Below, one piece after another: positions 63,904 through 64,000 of a stretch of DNA of 64,000 nucleotides (the first letter of the stretch is position 1; each line of letters starts with the position of its first letter). Below the pieces are notes generated by a model. That model was not told the DNA's origin, did no database searches, and saw only the letters and a program-made list of their open reading frames with translations. The position numbers were made by a program, and so were the translations under genes. Source of the stretch: Amphiscolops sp. MND2022 (lineage: Eukaryota); assembly GCA_964187785.1 (NCBI GenBank), contig OZ076409.1, forward strand, positions 91,266,001 through 91,330,000, in the 5' to 3' direction.

Positions 63904-64000
63904 GTACTCCAATAAGACTAATTGGTTTAGACTATTAAAAAATTAGCATGCAGTTCCGAGGAAGGAATAAAAAATAACAAATCATTGTCTTTTAGCGAGC

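Overview
AT-rich eukaryotic, animal-like genomic DNA with spliceosomal introns and one 200-nt assembly gap (25768-25967). Most of the window is transposable-element material. From left to right: the 5' part of a spliced C2H2 zinc-finger gene (minus strand); a nested stack of MITEs around a decayed hAT transposon; a CRE-like retrotransposon fragment; a near full-length decayed LINE; an SLC22-like pseudogene fragment; a decayed Ty3/Gypsy element; an internally deleted CR1/L2-like LINE; several solo LTRs; a Tc1 remnant; a 0.9-kb palindrome; and a probable CAP-domain exon. The main result is at 16872-21650 (minus strand). Seven ORF pieces that the ORF track lists separately join through six GT..AG introns with consistent phases into one uninterrupted 1125-aa protein. 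It has an N-terminal SUV4-20/KMT5B-C-like SET methyltransferase domain, repeat linkers, two Zn-finger-like motifs and a tyrosine recombinase catalytic domain. It lies next to a small intronless RING ORF and tRNA-like segments, which suggests a Crypton-like mobile element whose recombinase is fused to a histone methyltransferase. The LTRs in the window are also unusual, because they carry the start of the gag ORF inside the LTR. All family assignments come from recognising motifs by eye; no database searches were run.
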